Shown one piece after another: positions 63,527-64,000 of a stretch of DNA of 64,000 nt. The stretch spans positions 1,280,001-1,344,000 of the forward strand of contig CAWFFN010000005.1 in assembly GCA_963815115.1 (NCBI GenBank), read 5' to 3'. The notes under the pieces were generated by a model. The model had not been told where the DNA came from. It ran no database searches and saw only the letters and a program-made list of their open reading frames with translations. Made by a program: the position numbers and the translations under genes. The stretch's first letter is position 1. Each line of letters opens with the position of its first letter. This DNA is from an uncultured delta proteobacterium. Its GTDB lineage: Bacteria > Desulfobacterota > Binatia > DP-6.

Positions 63527-64000
63527 ACGAAGCTCGTCCACGCACTGGCGCTGGCCTTCGTCGCACTCGCGCTCGCCGCTCCGGTGTGGGCGGAGCCGCA
63601 GGACGCAGGCAATGCCACGCCGCGGCGCCGCCCCCTGCCTTCGCCGCCCGAGCCTCCCCCCGCCGTCGAGCCGGGGCCGCCCGTGGAGAACACCGAGGAG
63701 CCGACCGGCTACACCGGTCCGCCGGCGCCGCCGGAGACGTTCCCGGCGGAGGAAGAGGTGGACTCCCGGAACCGCTGGCGCGTGGGCTTGCCCTTCTACA
63801 ATCGCCAGCCCGACAACATCCACGAGGCGCCGCTGGTCCGCGGGCAGTGGTGGGATCCGTACGACCAGAACGTGCTGAAGGGCGACTACCCGGTCTTCGG
63901 CACCCAGAACACCTTCTTCGCCTTCACCCTGCGCAGCGACACGCTGCTCGAAGGCCGGCGCCTGCCGACGCCGAGCGACGTCAGCTCGGCCCGGCCCGGG
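63527..64000 (+). CDS. Exported, probably outer-membrane protein (3' end outside window; apparent start ACG, alternative TTG 63482)
   Basis: Open frame KLVHALALAFVALALAAPVWA (signal peptide), Pro-rich linker, NRWR..WWDPYDQNVLKGDYP..EGRRLPTP. Confidence 0.7.

Noticed and set aside
42000-64000. Integrated mobile element boundaries
   Set aside because: No integrase, transposase, tRNA or flanking repeats recognised.

Overview
High-GC bacterial chromosome segment. The Cys-rich/Thr-linker secreted proteins and small-protein families resemble Candidatus Binatia (Binatota); this is inference, not tested. About 1-41 kb is mostly intact housekeeping and metabolic genes (DAHP synthase, leuCD, cysE, recQ, mtnA, nagZ, deoxynucleoside kinase-panBCD-smpB, transporters, P450, CoA transferases). 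About 42-64 kb is accessory and partly decayed: a deleted wHTH-AAA regulator, an FGE/C-type-lectin gene whose 3' end looks like a diversity-generating-retroelement variable region (no RT or template repeat in the window), a degenerate hybrid kinase, a collapsed gas-vesicle cluster with a gvpG::gvpK fusion, and a ~10 kb redox locus. That locus encodes a GlcG-type heme-binding protein, a decaheme cytochrome c, a NuoEF-like diaphorase, an Fe-S/2x cNMP-binding/Fe-S fusion, a His-containing membrane protein and SthA, plus a divergent exported protein. It is the best candidate for an undescribed system, but it carries five frameshifts and two odd start codons. No rRNA, tRNA, tmRNA, CRISPR or transposase was recognised. 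All calls come from motif reading without database searches, and start positions are best estimates.
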